Assembly (NCBI GenBank): GCA_963843145.1
Contig: CAWJJC010000012.1
Coordinates: 192,622-256,621 of the forward strand
Reading direction: 5' to 3'
Length of the DNA: 64,000 nucleotides
Source of the DNA: an uncultured delta proteobacterium
Lineage (GTDB): Bacteria > Desulfobacterota > RBG-13-43-22
Part shown: piece after piece, positions 1 to 9,943 of the stretch
Numbering within the stretch: the first letter of the stretch is position 1
Layout: each line of letters begins with the position of its first letter
The notes under the pieces: generated by a model
Told to the model about the DNA's origin: nothing
The model's input: only the letters and a program-made list of their open reading frames with translations
Databases searched by the model: none
Program-made: the position numbers and the translations under genes

Positions 1-206
1 TTCATTTCCTTAATGATGTTGGTCATCTCCTCCTCGAAGAGGTTGATCAGAATATCGTCCTTGTTGTGAAAATAGAGATAGATCGTCCCATCGGCCACTT
101 CGGCTTCCCGGGCGATTTCGGCAACCTTGGACTGATAGAACCCGTTCCGGGCAAAGATCCGAACGGCGGCCTCCAGGATTTTCTTGCGCTTGTTGGTGTC
201 TCTCAT
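1..206 (-). CDS. TetR-family transcriptional regulator (FadR/YsiA-like), 3' end runs off the window
   Basis: Manual translation from ATG at 206: MRDTNKRKKILEAAVRIFARNGFYQSKVAEIAREAEVADGTIYLYFHNKDDIL, a TetR HTH signature. Not in the ORF track because it has no stop in the window. Confidence 0.9.
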   Translation of the reverse strand, partial: MRDTNKRKKILEAAVRIFARNGFYQSKVAEIAREAEVADGTIYLYFHNKDDILINLFEEEMTNIIKEM

Positions 207-265
207 GGGTGTCGGCGAACGCGAAAACGGTGAGGACAGCTATGTCCCCCGGGGCCGTCTTCTTT

Positions 266-314
266 CTGAATGAAGCGTCATTCAGGATATAAATGAAAGA
301 ATGGCCGCTGTCAA
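266..314 (-). promoter_or_regulatory. sigma70-like promoter with an adjacent palindromic TetR/FadR-type operator
   Basis: Minus strand TTGACA(314-309)-N17-TATATC(291-286), followed by palindrome TGAATGA-agcg-TCATTCA (267-284), which resembles the B. subtilis FadR box. Confidence 0.7.
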
Positions 315-419
315 GCATTTAATTGGGCAGAGATCTTTCCGTTGCCAATGATCAGGATAGGGAATAAAATATATTAAGAAAACAGCATAACTATAGAGGT
401 TATTCTGAGGACGATTCAG

Positions 420-578
420 ATGACTCTTGACAGGGAGGGAAGGCCAATGGACTGCGCCGTAAATTTGGATCATATCCAGACCGTTTCCAATGGTAAAATC
501 GGCCCAGTGATCACCACCATTTCCTCGGATAAATTAGAGAAAGTCGCCGAGGCTATTCGATTTGCACTCACTATTTAA
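420..578 (+). pseudogene. C-terminal remnant of a MazF/PemK-family toxin
   Basis: Frame reads ...PMDCAVNLDHIQTVSNGKIGPVITTISSDKLEKVAEAIRFALTI*. The N-terminal catalytic part is absent; in-frame stop at 375-377. Confidence 0.65.
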
Positions 579-590
579 GAGGATTTACCC

Positions 591-1145
591 ATGGATTTGA
601 TCGCCAAATGGCAGCGCACCGGCCGGAAGGTTCTGCATTCCTTTCGAATTTTTTCAATCCGGGAAGACCGCTATCGCCTTCCCCGAAACGGTCGGGAGGT
701 CCCTTTTTATGTCTTGGAAAGCTCCGACTGGGTGAATGTCATCCCCCTGACGGATTCGGGAGAGGTTATCCTGATTCGACAATTCCGGTTTGGTACGGAA
801 AGTGTCACTCTGGAAATCCCGGGTGGTATTGTGGAGCCGGGGATGACACCCTTGGAAGCCGCGCAGAGAGAGCTGTTGGAGGAAACGGGATATCAATCCG
901 GTGAATGGGACTATTTGGGATACGTACACCCCAATCCGGCCTTTTTAAACAACCGTTGTCACAGTTTTGTGGCCCGGGGGGTGAAGAAGACGGGGGAAAT
1001 CGACTTGGACGAGAGCGAGGAAATCGAGGTCACAACGACGCCCCTGAAGAACATACCGGATTTAATCGCCGCGGGGGAAATCACCCATTCCCTGGTGGTT
1101 TGCGCCTTTCATTGGCTGGGGCTAAAAAAATTCAACCCCCAATGA
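591..1145 (+). CDS. Nudix hydrolase (ADP-ribose pyrophosphatase-like)
   Basis: Nudix box GGIVEPGMTPLEAAQRELLEETG; RBS GAGGA. Confidence 0.9.
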   Translation: MDLIAKWQRTGRKVLHSFRIFSIREDRYRLPRNGREVPFYVLESSDWVNVIPLTDSGEVILIRQFRFGTESVTLEIPGGIVEPGMTPLEAAQRELLEETGYQSGEWDYLGYVHPNPAFLNNRCHSFVARGVKKTGEIDLDESEEIEVTTTPLKNIPDLIAAGEITHSLVVCAFHWLGLKKFNPQ

Positions 1146-1169
1146 ATTGGTCTTGGGAGTTGATTTTTT

Positions 1170-1829
1170 TTAACCGTCCGCCATCTTTGCCCTGAAAGTA
1201 TTTATCGTCTTCTTGTAGTCCGGGGTGTGAAAAACGGCCGATCCGGCCACGAAAATATCCGCCCCGGCCCTGACCAGAGTGCCTACGTTGTCCGGGGTCA
1301 CCCCGCCATCCACTTCGATGTCCACCTCCAGGTTTCTTTCCGTAATCATTTTTTTTAGGTCCCGGATTTTCTGAACGCTGCTGGGGATGAATTTCTGCCC
1401 ACCGAAACCCGGGTTGACGCTCATGATCATCACCATATCCACCTCCTCCAGGATTTGATCCAGCAGAACCAGAGGAGTCGCAGGGTTCAGGACCACCGCC
1501 GGAATCATTCCGCATTCTCGGATCAGGTTTATCGTCCGGTTCAGGTGGGGACAAACCTCGATCTGGACCGCCAGGACATCGGCCCCAGCCCGGGCAAAAT
1601 CCGGGATGTATTGATCCGGGTTCTGGATCATCAAATGGACATCCAAGGGCAGGCAACTGATCTTCCGGGCGGCTTCTACCATGACCGGCCCGAAGGTAAT
1701 GTTGGGGACGAAATGGCCGTCCATCACATCGATGTGGAGGTAGTCGGCGCCGGCGGCTTCCACGGCCTGGATTTCCTCGCCCAGACGGCCGAAATCGGCG
1801 GAGAGGATAGAAGGGGCAATTCGTTTCAT
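1170..1829 (-). CDS. rpe: Ribulose-phosphate 3-epimerase
   Basis: IAPSILSADF, HIDVMDGHFVPN, MSVNPGFGGQ and VDGG motifs. Confidence 0.97.
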   Translation of the reverse strand: MKRIAPSILSADFGRLGEEIQAVEAAGADYLHIDVMDGHFVPNITFGPVMVEAARKISCLPLDVHLMIQNPDQYIPDFARAGADVLAVQIEVCPHLNRTINLIRECGMIPAVVLNPATPLVLLDQILEEVDMVMIMSVNPGFGGQKFIPSSVQKIRDLKKMITERNLEVDIEVDGGVTPDNVGTLVRAGADIFVAGSAVFHTPDYKKTINTFRAKMADG

Positions 1830-1898
1830 AAGGAATCCTTTAATTTTTATTCAGTCTGTAGGGAGGGGGAGTCCCACCGCCGCCGGTATCCGAAGGCT

Positions 1899-1981
1899 GT
1901 AGGTTGGGTAGATCAACGCGAAACCCAAGGGAGAGATCCCCGCCCTGGTGTGGGGTTTCGTTTTACTCTACCCAAATCTAC
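1899..1981. repeat. REPIN-like inverted pair of GTAG-type REP sequences
   Basis: GTAGGTTGGGTAGA..CGAAACCCA ... GGGTTTCG..TCTACCCAAATCTAC inverted arms in the rsmB-rpe intergenic region. Confidence 0.7.
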
Positions 1982-2038
1982 ATCTACTTTAGGGGGTACC
2001 ATGGGTCGGTCCTTTTAACCAGCAACCTGCAACAGTTA

Positions 2039-3391
2039 TTATTTTCGGATCATCCGGGCGGCGAAGAAGCCGTCGGTGCCGTGTCGGTGCGGCCAGGCGT
2101 AATAATAACCCCGGGGATCAGCTAACTTTCTCGCTGGTCCCGGCAGATAGGGAGCTACCGAATCAAGGAAAAATTCGGTGTGCCTGGCCAGGAACCGTTC
2201 TATCACCCTTTCGTTTTCAAGCGGGCATAAGGTGCAGGTCGAATAAACCAACGTTCCCTTGGGTTTAAGGTATTCAGCCGCCTTTTGCAAGAATTTAATT
2301 TGCTGTTCTGCCAGGTGCTCGCTGTCTTCCAGGCGGATTCGCCATTTAAGGTCCGGGTGACGCCGGATCACCCCCCAGCCGCTGCAGGGGGCGTCGACCA
2401 GGATGCGGTCAAAGGCTGGTTGATCTTTCTGGAAAAAGTCCGGTTGCAGGAAATCCCCGGTCCGGAAGCGGATATTTTTTATTCCCATCCTGAGGGCATT
2501 TTTCCATAAATCCCGGACCTTCCGGGGGTTGGAGTCGACCGCTAAAACCGATCCCCGGTTTTCAAGGAACTGGGCCAGATGGGTGGTTTTTCCCCCGACG
2601 CCCGCGCAAAGATCCAGGACCCTTTCTCCGGGCCGGGGATGGAGGAGATAAGCGATCAACTGGGAAGCCTCATCCTGGATCTGGTAAAGCCCTTCCCGGT
2701 AAGGTCCCGAGGCATGGAGCGGGGCCTGAGGACGAAGGATACGGAGGCCCACCGGTGAGAAGGGCGTGGGGGCCAGCGGTCCGACCTCCCTTTCCAGACG
2801 AGGGCGCAATTCTTCCCGGCTGCCCTTGAGGGTGTTGACCCGCAAGTCCAGGGGCGGGATTTGATTGTCGGCCTCGCAGAGGGAAACGGTTTCCTTTGGT
2901 CCCAAGGTATCCAGCCAGTAGTTCGCCAGCCAGACGGGGTGGGATTGGGTAATGGTTAAGTAACCCGGGAGATCGTCGGGAGTGGGAAAGGCTAAAGATT
3001 CCTGCATGCGGCACAAAGCCCGAAGGGTCCCGTTGATCAACCCGCCGGTCCACGGCTCGGGCCCGGACTTGGCCAATTTGACCGATTCGTTCACGGCGGC
3101 CGAGGCCGGCACCCGGTCCAGGAGAAGAAGCTGAAAGGCCCCCAGGCGCAGGATGGACAGGGCCCGGAAAGAAAGTTTCTTCAGGGGGGCGTGAAGGCAC
3201 TGTTCCAGCGCCCAGTCGATCCTGGACCGCCAGCGATAGACTCCAAAAAACAGTTGCTGGATAAAGGCGCGGTCGATCGGGGGGATGTCCGGGTGCTTTT
3301 CGTAGAGTTCCCAGAGCATTCGATCCGGAAAGAGGTCGGTTTTTTGACCATGAAGCAGGAGGGTCAGGGCCCAATCACGGGCGGAGGGCAT
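2039..3391 (-). CDS. rsmB: 16S rRNA m5C967 methyltransferase
   Basis: NusB-like N-terminus; QDEASQ, DLCAGVGGKT, DAPCSG and YSTCT motifs. Confidence 0.95.
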   Translation of the reverse strand: MPSARDWALTLLLHGQKTDLFPDRMLWELYEKHPDIPPIDRAFIQQLFFGVYRWRSRIDWALEQCLHAPLKKLSFRALSILRLGAFQLLLLDRVPASAAVNESVKLAKSGPEPWTGGLINGTLRALCRMQESLAFPTPDDLPGYLTITQSHPVWLANYWLDTLGPKETVSLCEADNQIPPLDLRVNTLKGSREELRPRLEREVGPLAPTPFSPVGLRILRPQAPLHASGPYREGLYQIQDEASQLIAYLLHPRPGERVLDLCAGVGGKTTHLAQFLENRGSVLAVDSNPRKVRDLWKNALRMGIKNIRFRTGDFLQPDFFQKDQPAFDRILVDAPCSGWGVIRRHPDLKWRIRLEDSEHLAEQQIKFLQKAAEYLKPKGTLVYSTCTLCPLENERVIERFLARHTEFFLDSVAPYLPGPARKLADPRGYYYAWPHRHGTDGFFAARMIRK

Positions 3392-4342
3392 TTATGGACC
3401 TAATTTTTCCCCAACCCGAAGGGGAAAACCAATCAGGAAATCCTGACTGTTCAGGCGGCGATGACCTTCCAACTGGACTTCCAATAAAGACAGCGTTCCC
3501 TCCCCGGTGAAGACCTGAATTTGGGCATTCTCAAAGGAAACTATGGTGCCCGGCTCACCGGAGGTCCTTTCTTCCAGGGGTTGAGCACGGTGGAGGATCA
3601 ATCGTTTCCCCTGCAAAAAAGTATAGGCTCCCGGCCAGGGCGTTAAGCCCCGTATCCAGAAATCCAATTCCGGCGCGGAAAGCTGCCAGTCGATCCGGCC
3701 TTGGGATTTTTTTAAAGGGGGAGCATAACTGGCCTGTTCCGGGCCCTGGGGGCGGGCCTCTAAGGTCCCGGCCCGCAACGACTGGAGGGTCTTGATCAAC
3801 AGATCGGCCCCCAGATCGGCCAACCGGTCATGGAGGGTCTGGGCCGTGTCGGTTGTCGAAATAGGAGTCGTTTGCTGGAGCAGCAGATCGCCGGTATCCA
3901 GACCCGCGTCCAGGCGCATGGTAGTGATCCCGGTTTCTTTTTCCCCCGAAATCAGTGCCCATTGAATGGGAGCCGCCCCGCGAAATTTGGGGAGCAGGGA
4001 GGCATGAACGTTGATGGACCCCCAGGCCGGAATATCCAGAACAGGTTGAGGCAGGATCAAGCCATAGGCCACGACGATCAATAGATCCGGGCGAAAGGCG
4101 GATAGGGTTTCCCTCACGACGGGATCTTTAAGTGATTTTGGCTGCACCAGAGGGAGCCCGTAAGCCAGGGCCGTTTCTTTTATCGGGGAAAGGGCCAAAC
4201 GCTGTCCGCGTCCTTTGGGGCGGTCCGGCTGGGTAAAAACGGCCAACACCTGTTCGTTGTGATCCAGTAATTTTTTCAGGGAGGGCAAGGCAAAGCCAGG
4301 GGTGCCCATAAAAACCAGACGGGAATAATCAGACGAGTCCAC
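3392..4342 (-). CDS. fmt: Methionyl-tRNA formyltransferase
   Basis: FMGTPGFA, TQPDRPKGRG, NVHASLLPKFRGAAPI. Confidence 0.97.
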   Translation of the reverse strand: MDSSDYSRLVFMGTPGFALPSLKKLLDHNEQVLAVFTQPDRPKGRGQRLALSPIKETALAYGLPLVQPKSLKDPVVRETLSAFRPDLLIVVAYGLILPQPVLDIPAWGSINVHASLLPKFRGAAPIQWALISGEKETGITTMRLDAGLDTGDLLLQQTTPISTTDTAQTLHDRLADLGADLLIKTLQSLRAGTLEARPQGPEQASYAPPLKKSQGRIDWQLSAPELDFWIRGLTPWPGAYTFLQGKRLILHRAQPLEERTSGEPGTIVSFENAQIQVFTGEGTLSLLEVQLEGHRRLNSQDFLIGFPLRVGEKLGP

Positions 4343-4475
4343 TAATAATAACCTCGCAAAAAGTCAAGAAACGACTTTCTGCTCGGCGGGGGAGGGTTTC
4401 CCACTCCCCCGCCATTGGAAATGAATTCCAATGGTGCCACCCCCACCCCAGCCCGGCGCTTAATCGCGCTCGGGC

Positions 4476-5006
4476 TTATGATGGACTTTGAACGAGTCCA
4501 TCATTTGACTTCAGTTGTTTTTGGCGCCGTTTTTTGTAAAGGGCCCTTTTCAGGGCGCTGATGCGGTCCAGCATGAGGACTCCTTCGAGGTGGTCAATCT
4601 CATGCTGCAGGACCACGGCCAGCATCCCTTCTCCGCAGATTTCCACCGGTTCTCCCTGGGCGTTTAATCCCCGAACGGTAACCCGGGCGTGCCTTTTCAC
4701 CTCCGTATAATACTCGGGAACGCTGAGACAACCCTCTTCCTGAGTTTGAGAGCCATCGGCGGAGATGATTTCCGGATTGATCAACGCCTCGGGGTTTCGG
4801 GGCTGATCCTTGGGAGTGATATCATAAACGATGAGCCGCAGCGGTTTTCCCACCTGGTTGGCGGCCAGCCCGATTCCCGGCGCTTGGTACATGGTCTCAA
4901 TCATATCCTCGACCAATTGAAGGACGGAGTCGTCAATGGCCGTTATGGGAACAGCTTTTTGCTTCAGGACCGGGTTGGGGTAGGTACAAATGTTTAAAAC
5001 AGCCAT
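4476..5006 (-). CDS. def: Peptide deformylase
   Basis: GIGLAANQ, EGCLS, QHEIDH. Start moved to ATG 5006 (MAVLNI) because the ORF-track extension runs through a palindromic repeat. Confidence 0.95.
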   Translation of the reverse strand: MAVLNICTYPNPVLKQKAVPITAIDDSVLQLVEDMIETMYQAPGIGLAANQVGKPLRLIVYDITPKDQPRNPEALINPEIISADGSQTQEEGCLSVPEYYTEVKRHARVTVRGLNAQGEPVEICGEGMLAVVLQHEIDHLEGVLMLDRISALKRALYKKRRQKQLKSNDGLVQSPS

Positions 5007-5039
5007 ACCATAAAATAACAATTTATACGCCAAATGCAA

Positions 5040-5097
5040 TAGATTCTTACATCCATTGTTCTGAGAATTTGTCTCTAACAATGGATGTAAGAATCTA
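5040..5097. repeat. 58-bp palindromic element, copy 1 (MITE/REP-like, TA-flanked)
   Basis: TAGATTCTTACATCCATTGTT-16 nt-AACAATGGATGTAAGAATCTA; homologous copies at 17198 and 49152. Confidence 0.9.
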
Positions 5098-5173
5098 TAT
5101 AAAAGACCTCGTCTTTCCATATATTTTGGTGGTTTTTTTTATAGCCAAAAATTTCAATAATTTTTGGCTAGTT

Positions 5174-7585
5174 TTACAACATATCCACCGGATCCACATC
5201 CAGAATCAGTTGGACTCCGGAGCCCCTGAGGAACCGCTTGCTGTTTTCCAGAACCCAGGCGGAGACCTGATGCAGCATCCGGGGGTCTTTCCCTTTCAGT
5301 AAAATCTGCCAGCGGTACCGACCTTTGATTTTATTGATCGGAGCCGGTACCGGACCCAATAGCGTCAGGGAGGGGATCAGATTTCGTTTTTCTCTTTCCA
5401 GAGACAGCAGGATACCGATTTCCTGGGCCTTCTCTCGGACCCCCGTTTCCGGGTTGCCCTGAATAAGTATATGGACCAGCCGGGTGAAGGGGGGATATTC
5501 AAATTCACGGCGGAATTTGAGTTCCTGGCGGTAGAAACCCAGGTAATCGTGACGACGGACATATTCAAAGATATAATGATCGGGGTTATAGGTCTGGATG
5601 AATACCTTTCCCGGATAGGGGCCCCGTCCGGCCCGGCCGGCGACCTGGGCCAAGAGCTGGAAGGTCCGCTCCCCTGATCGGAAATCCGGCCAATTGAGGG
5701 ATAGATCGGCGCACAACACGCCGATCAGGGTTACTCCGGGGAAATCGTGCCCTTTGGTGATCATCTGGGTGCCGACCAGGATCTGGGTTTTTCGATCCTG
5801 AAAACGTTTGAGGATCTGGTAATGAGCATTTTTCTTGGACACCGTATCCCGGTCGAGTCGATCGATAACGGTTTCCGGGAAAAGCATTTTAAGTTCTTTT
5901 TCAACTTTTTCGGTGCCCCAGCCGATGGTTTTGATCCCCTCTCGCCCGCAGGCCGGGCAAAGAGGAAGCAAGGGCTGGTGAAAACCGCAGAGATGGCAGA
6001 GCAATTCCTGAGAAGCCGCGTGGAAGGTTAAGGAAACCGAACAGTTTCGGCAGCGGACCGGAGCTCCGCAGAGAGTGCATAAGGTCAGCGGTTCGAACCC
6101 CCGTCGGTTTAGGAAAAAGAGGATCTGGTGTCCCGCTTCCACCTGGGTCCTGACGGCTTCCAACAAAGGAGGCGACAGCGGCGTACCCTGACGCCCTTTT
6201 CTGAACTGCTTAAGATCGATCAGGCTGATCTCAGGCATGGCCCGCTGACGAACCCGACGGGTCAACGGGAGATAAGCCATTTTTTTCCGGTCTTGAAGGT
6301 GAAGGGTGGTCAGGGAAGGAGTGGCAGAACCCAAGACGGCTACTGCCTGGGCCAGTTGGGCCCGGACCAGGGCCAGATCCCGGGCATGGTATCTCAAGGA
6401 TTCCTGCTGTTTCAAGGAGGGATCATGCTCCTCGTCCACGACGATCAACCCCAGGGCTTCCAGGGGGGCAAAAATCGCGGATCGGGTCCCCACCACGATC
6501 GGGGTTTCCCCCACTTGGATGCGCCTCCATTGATCCAATCGTTCCCTGGGGGAAAGACCGCTGTGGAGGACGGCAATTTTTTCACCAAACCGGGTACGGA
6601 ACCGTCCTTCCATTTGGGGCACCAGACCGATTTCCGGTACCAGGATCAGGGCTTGACGGTTCCGGACCAGGGTATCCTCCGCCGCCCGCAAATAAACTTC
6701 CGTTTTCCCCGAACCGGTGACTCCGTGAAGAAGTAGAGACCGGTATTGCCCGTCGGACAGTGCCCGCTTTATTTTTTCCAGGGCCTGCTCCTGCTCAGCG
6801 GTCAAATCAACCGGCCTTTCTTCAACGCAAAAAATTTCCCCCAGCGGGTTTTGAATACAGGGTTGTTCCCGGATCTCCAGCAGGCCTTTCCGACACCATT
6901 GGTTTAGCCGCCGGGACGAAAGGGGGAAAAAAAGGCGCAAATCCGTTAAGGGCATTCCTTCCGGTCCTGGCAGAAAAGCATGGAGAGGCCGATCCTTTTC
7001 AGAAAAAGCCTCCTCCGAAAAACCGGGACCGGGATAGATCCATTTGATCTTTTTGGTGCGGGTCTTCTCTTTCGACAGGTCTTTTTTTCTGCTGATCAAA
7101 CCCTGGGCCTGCAACCGGGCGGCCAATTTTTTTTGTTCTACGTCCAACTTATCCCAGGGCCGCCTTTTTTGAGTAAGATCGTTCAGTAATTCCCGCTCCA
7201 GCCGGGACAATGGGACCGTTTTAAGGGTTTCCACGCCGCGGGGGGTGATTTCAATCACCTCCCGACTATTCACGGCCAGTCCAGGGGGCAGAGCCGCTTT
7301 GATCACCTGTCCCAGAGGGTGGTGGTAATATCGGGAAATCCAGCTTAAAAAGGCCCGCAGGGAGGGACTGAAAAAGGGTTGAGGGTCGAGGATCTGTTCG
7401 ATCATTTTTATGGATTGGTCGGGACCGGGGTCCGGGACCCGCTCCCAGAGATAACCGGTAACCCGTTGGTTCCGTAAGGGGACCAGGACCCGTTGCCCTA
7501 TTTCCGGAGGAATAGGGGAGGGCATTGGGAGTTGATAAACATAGGGCTGGTCTAAAGGTGGGATGACTACCTGGAAAAAAGACAT
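5174..7585 (-). CDS. priA: Primosomal protein N'
   Basis: GVTGSGKTEVY, DEEH, SATPS and CxxC zinc motifs, ILVGTQMITKGHDFP. Confidence 0.97.
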   Translation of the reverse strand: MSFFQVVIPPLDQPYVYQLPMPSPIPPEIGQRVLVPLRNQRVTGYLWERVPDPGPDQSIKMIEQILDPQPFFSPSLRAFLSWISRYYHHPLGQVIKAALPPGLAVNSREVIEITPRGVETLKTVPLSRLERELLNDLTQKRRPWDKLDVEQKKLAARLQAQGLISRKKDLSKEKTRTKKIKWIYPGPGFSEEAFSEKDRPLHAFLPGPEGMPLTDLRLFFPLSSRRLNQWCRKGLLEIREQPCIQNPLGEIFCVEERPVDLTAEQEQALEKIKRALSDGQYRSLLLHGVTGSGKTEVYLRAAEDTLVRNRQALILVPEIGLVPQMEGRFRTRFGEKIAVLHSGLSPRERLDQWRRIQVGETPIVVGTRSAIFAPLEALGLIVVDEEHDPSLKQQESLRYHARDLALVRAQLAQAVAVLGSATPSLTTLHLQDRKKMAYLPLTRRVRQRAMPEISLIDLKQFRKGRQGTPLSPPLLEAVRTQVEAGHQILFFLNRRGFEPLTLCTLCGAPVRCRNCSVSLTFHAASQELLCHLCGFHQPLLPLCPACGREGIKTIGWGTEKVEKELKMLFPETVIDRLDRDTVSKKNAHYQILKRFQDRKTQILVGTQMITKGHDFPGVTLIGVLCADLSLNWPDFRSGERTFQLLAQVAGRAGRGPYPGKVFIQTYNPDHYIFEYVRRHDYLGFYRQELKFRREFEYPPFTRLVHILIQGNPETGVREKAQEIGILLSLEREKRNLIPSLTLLGPVPAPINKIKGRYRWQILLKGKDPRMLHQVSAWVLENSKRFLRGSGVQLILDVDPVDML

Positions 7586-7826
7586 GGGGACAGGTTTTTT
7601 ACCTTTATTTATCGGATGGTTAATTGTAGCATACGGGTTGGTTAAGGTACCGTCGGTTAAAAGGACAGACCTGCAAAATGTCTGTCATCAGAGACTAAGT
7701 GTTTCGATTCGCAAAAATGATAATGAGTGTTTTATGAGCCTAACCAGTGCAATTGCTCACTCAACACTTAGTCCCGAGTGAATAAAAACGTTATCGAATT
7801 TATGAATCGAGGGACTAAGGATTCCA

Positions 7827-8735
7827 ATGCGTTCCATTGAGCAAATCATTTCGGCCTTGGAAAAACATCATTATATAACGGATCGGCCTCTGGCCACAGT
7901 TTTATTTCTGGCCCAGGCCCTTAAGAAACCTGTTTTTCTCGAGGGGGAGCCCGGAGTAGGGAAGACCGAGGTGGCCTTGGTGCTTTCCCGGATATTAAAA
8001 ACCCGGCTGATTCGCCTTCAATGTTACGAGGGGTTGGACGTCCAGACCGCCTTGTATGAGTGGAATTACCCGAAACAGATCTTAAGCATCCGCCTGGCGG
8101 AAGCCGCCGGCCGGGGTTCGAATGACCTGGAAAAACATATTTTTAGCGAGGAATTTCTGATAAAGAGGCCCTTGCTCGAAGCGATTCTCAGTTCGGAACC
8201 CCGACCGCCGGTCCTCTTGATCGACGAACTGGACCGGGCTGACGAAGAATTCGAAGCTTTTTTGTTGGAAATACTTTCCGATTTCCAGGTATCTATCCCC
8301 GAAATCGGGACCCTCAAGGCCAAAAAGCGTCCTTGGGTGATCATTACCTCCAATCGGACCAGGGATATCCACGACGCCCTTAAGCGGCGGTGTCTCTACC
8401 ACTGGATTGAGTACCCATCGATGGAAAAGGAATTTCAGATCATCCTCTCCCGCATACCTAAGATCGACCACTCCCTGGCAGGGAAAATCGCCCGGTTTAT
8501 GTCCAGGCTGCGCAGCCAGGATCTTCAAAAAATGCCGGGGATCTCCGAGAGTCTCGACTGGGCCTGGGCCCTGATTCACTTGCACAAGCCGACCCTGGAT
8601 GAACAAACCGTGGAAGAAACGTTGGGCTGTATCCTGAAATACCAGGAGGACCAACGTTTTTTTCGGGAAAAAGTGCTGGGGGATGAAGGACGGCGGCAAG
8701 CCTTTTTTGGCACCGATGCCGGGGCCCCGGGTTAA
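7827..8735 (+). CDS. MoxR-family AAA+ ATPase, CoxD-like
   Basis: LEGEPGVGKT, RLQCYEGLD, LLIDELDRADEEFEAFLLE, HDALKRRC. Confidence 0.9.
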   Translation: MRSIEQIISALEKHHYITDRPLATVLFLAQALKKPVFLEGEPGVGKTEVALVLSRILKTRLIRLQCYEGLDVQTALYEWNYPKQILSIRLAEAAGRGSNDLEKHIFSEEFLIKRPLLEAILSSEPRPPVLLIDELDRADEEFEAFLLEILSDFQVSIPEIGTLKAKKRPWVIITSNRTRDIHDALKRRCLYHWIEYPSMEKEFQIILSRIPKIDHSLAGKIARFMSRLRSQDLQKMPGISESLDWAWALIHLHKPTLDEQTVEETLGCILKYQEDQRFFREKVLGDEGRRQAFFGTDAGAPG

Positions 8736-9891
8736 CCCGCCCGGATGCGCCGGACCGGGTCCTCTGCCCGGGGTCCTGAACCAAGAGCGGCTCTCCGGCA
8801 GGGTCCATCGTTTTGGCCGCCGTTTGAAATCCTTGGGCATACCGGTGACCCTTTCCGGGATCCGAGATGCCCTGCGTTCTCTGCTCTATGTGGATATAAC
8901 CCGAAAAGCCGATTTCGAGATCGCCCTGCGGGCCAATTTAATTTTCCGAAAGGAGGATCTGGGTCTTTTCGAGGCCGAATTCGATCATTTCTGGTATTCC
9001 CTGGAAATCCCGGAAGAACAGAGGCCCAGCGAGGAGTCCGGGATCGGCCCCAGCCTTTGGCCGGCAGATCGAGGGATGGGGGAGGAAGAATTGTGCGCCG
9101 TCGAAGAGAAGACCGGAGGTCTTTTTAGCCGGGCCGAGGTGCTGGCCGAAAAAGATTTCCGGGCCTGGGAGGAGGACGACTGGCAGGAGGTCTTCCGCTG
9201 GGTGCAGCATTGGATCCGTCCGTTGATTAAACGCCATTCCCTTCGTTTTCGATCCTCCCATCGCGGATCGAGGCTCGAAATCCGAAAAATGCTTCGCCGG
9301 AGCCTGCGGGTGGGGGGGGATTTGACGGCCCTGGCCTATCGCCGGAAGAAAATCAAACCGCGGCGGTTGATTTTTCTGGCCGATGTGAGCGGGTCCATGG
9401 AGCAGTACGGACGGTATTTCTTTCTTTTTCTGCAGGCCTGGCTGCAGGACCGTTTTCCGGTGGAGGTTTTTGCCTTTTCTACCCGTTTGACCTATTTAAC
9501 CCCTTTGATTAAATCAAAAAAGAGGGAAGAGGTGAGGGAGATCGTTTCCGCTCACGTCCCTCAATGGTCAAGCGGAACCCGGATCGGGGAGTCTTTAGGG
9601 CAGTTTTTTCGGATTTACGGCAAAAAACTTTTGGGGACCCGAAGTCTGGTCCTGATTTTCAGTGACGGCTGGGACTTGGGGGAGACGGAGGTATTGCGGG
9701 AGGCCATGCGTAGAATTCACCGGCGGTCTCATAAGATCCTCTGGTTGAATCCTCTGATGGGGTGCGCCGATTACCAACCCATCTGCCGGGGCATGGCCGC
9801 GGCCCTACCCTGGGTGGATCGCTTGCTTCCGGCCCATAACTTAAACGCCCTGGTGGGAATCGTGGAGACGGTAGAGGAGTTGGCGGTCTAA
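8683..9891 (+). CDS. VWA-domain protein, CoxE-like (start uncertain)
   Basis: MIDAS DVSGSM, WSSGTRIG, FSDGWD and WLNPL motifs; follows the CoxD-like gene. Confidence 0.85.
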   Translation: MKDGGKPFLAPMPGPRVNPPGCAGPGPLPGVLNQERLSGRVHRFGRRLKSLGIPVTLSGIRDALRSLLYVDITRKADFEIALRANLIFRKEDLGLFEAEFDHFWYSLEIPEEQRPSEESGIGPSLWPADRGMGEEELCAVEEKTGGLFSRAEVLAEKDFRAWEEDDWQEVFRWVQHWIRPLIKRHSLRFRSSHRGSRLEIRKMLRRSLRVGGDLTALAYRRKKIKPRRLIFLADVSGSMEQYGRYFFLFLQAWLQDRFPVEVFAFSTRLTYLTPLIKSKKREEVREIVSAHVPQWSSGTRIGESLGQFFRIYGKKLLGTRSLVLIFSDGWDLGETEVLREAMRRIHRRSHKILWLNPLMGCADYQPICRGMAAALPWVDRLLPAHNLNALVGIVETVEELAV

Positions 9892-9943
9892 GTTACCCCT
9901 GTTGGACAGCAGGGCGGAACGACCAGAAAAACCGGATTGGAAA

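Noticed and set aside
10-318. 102-aa minus-strand ORF from the track
   Set aside because: Wrong frame; the TetR reading frame starting at 206 explains the region.
4350-4475. Possible MITE between def and fmt (ACCTCGCAAAAAGTC end plus hairpins)
   Set aside because: Only one terminal-repeat-like end is visible and there is no second copy in the window.
5007-5120. N-terminal extensions given by the ORF track for def (and likewise for RACo, usp, glxA, nosL)
   Set aside because: They cross repeats or neighbouring genes; downstream ATGs match the family N-termini.
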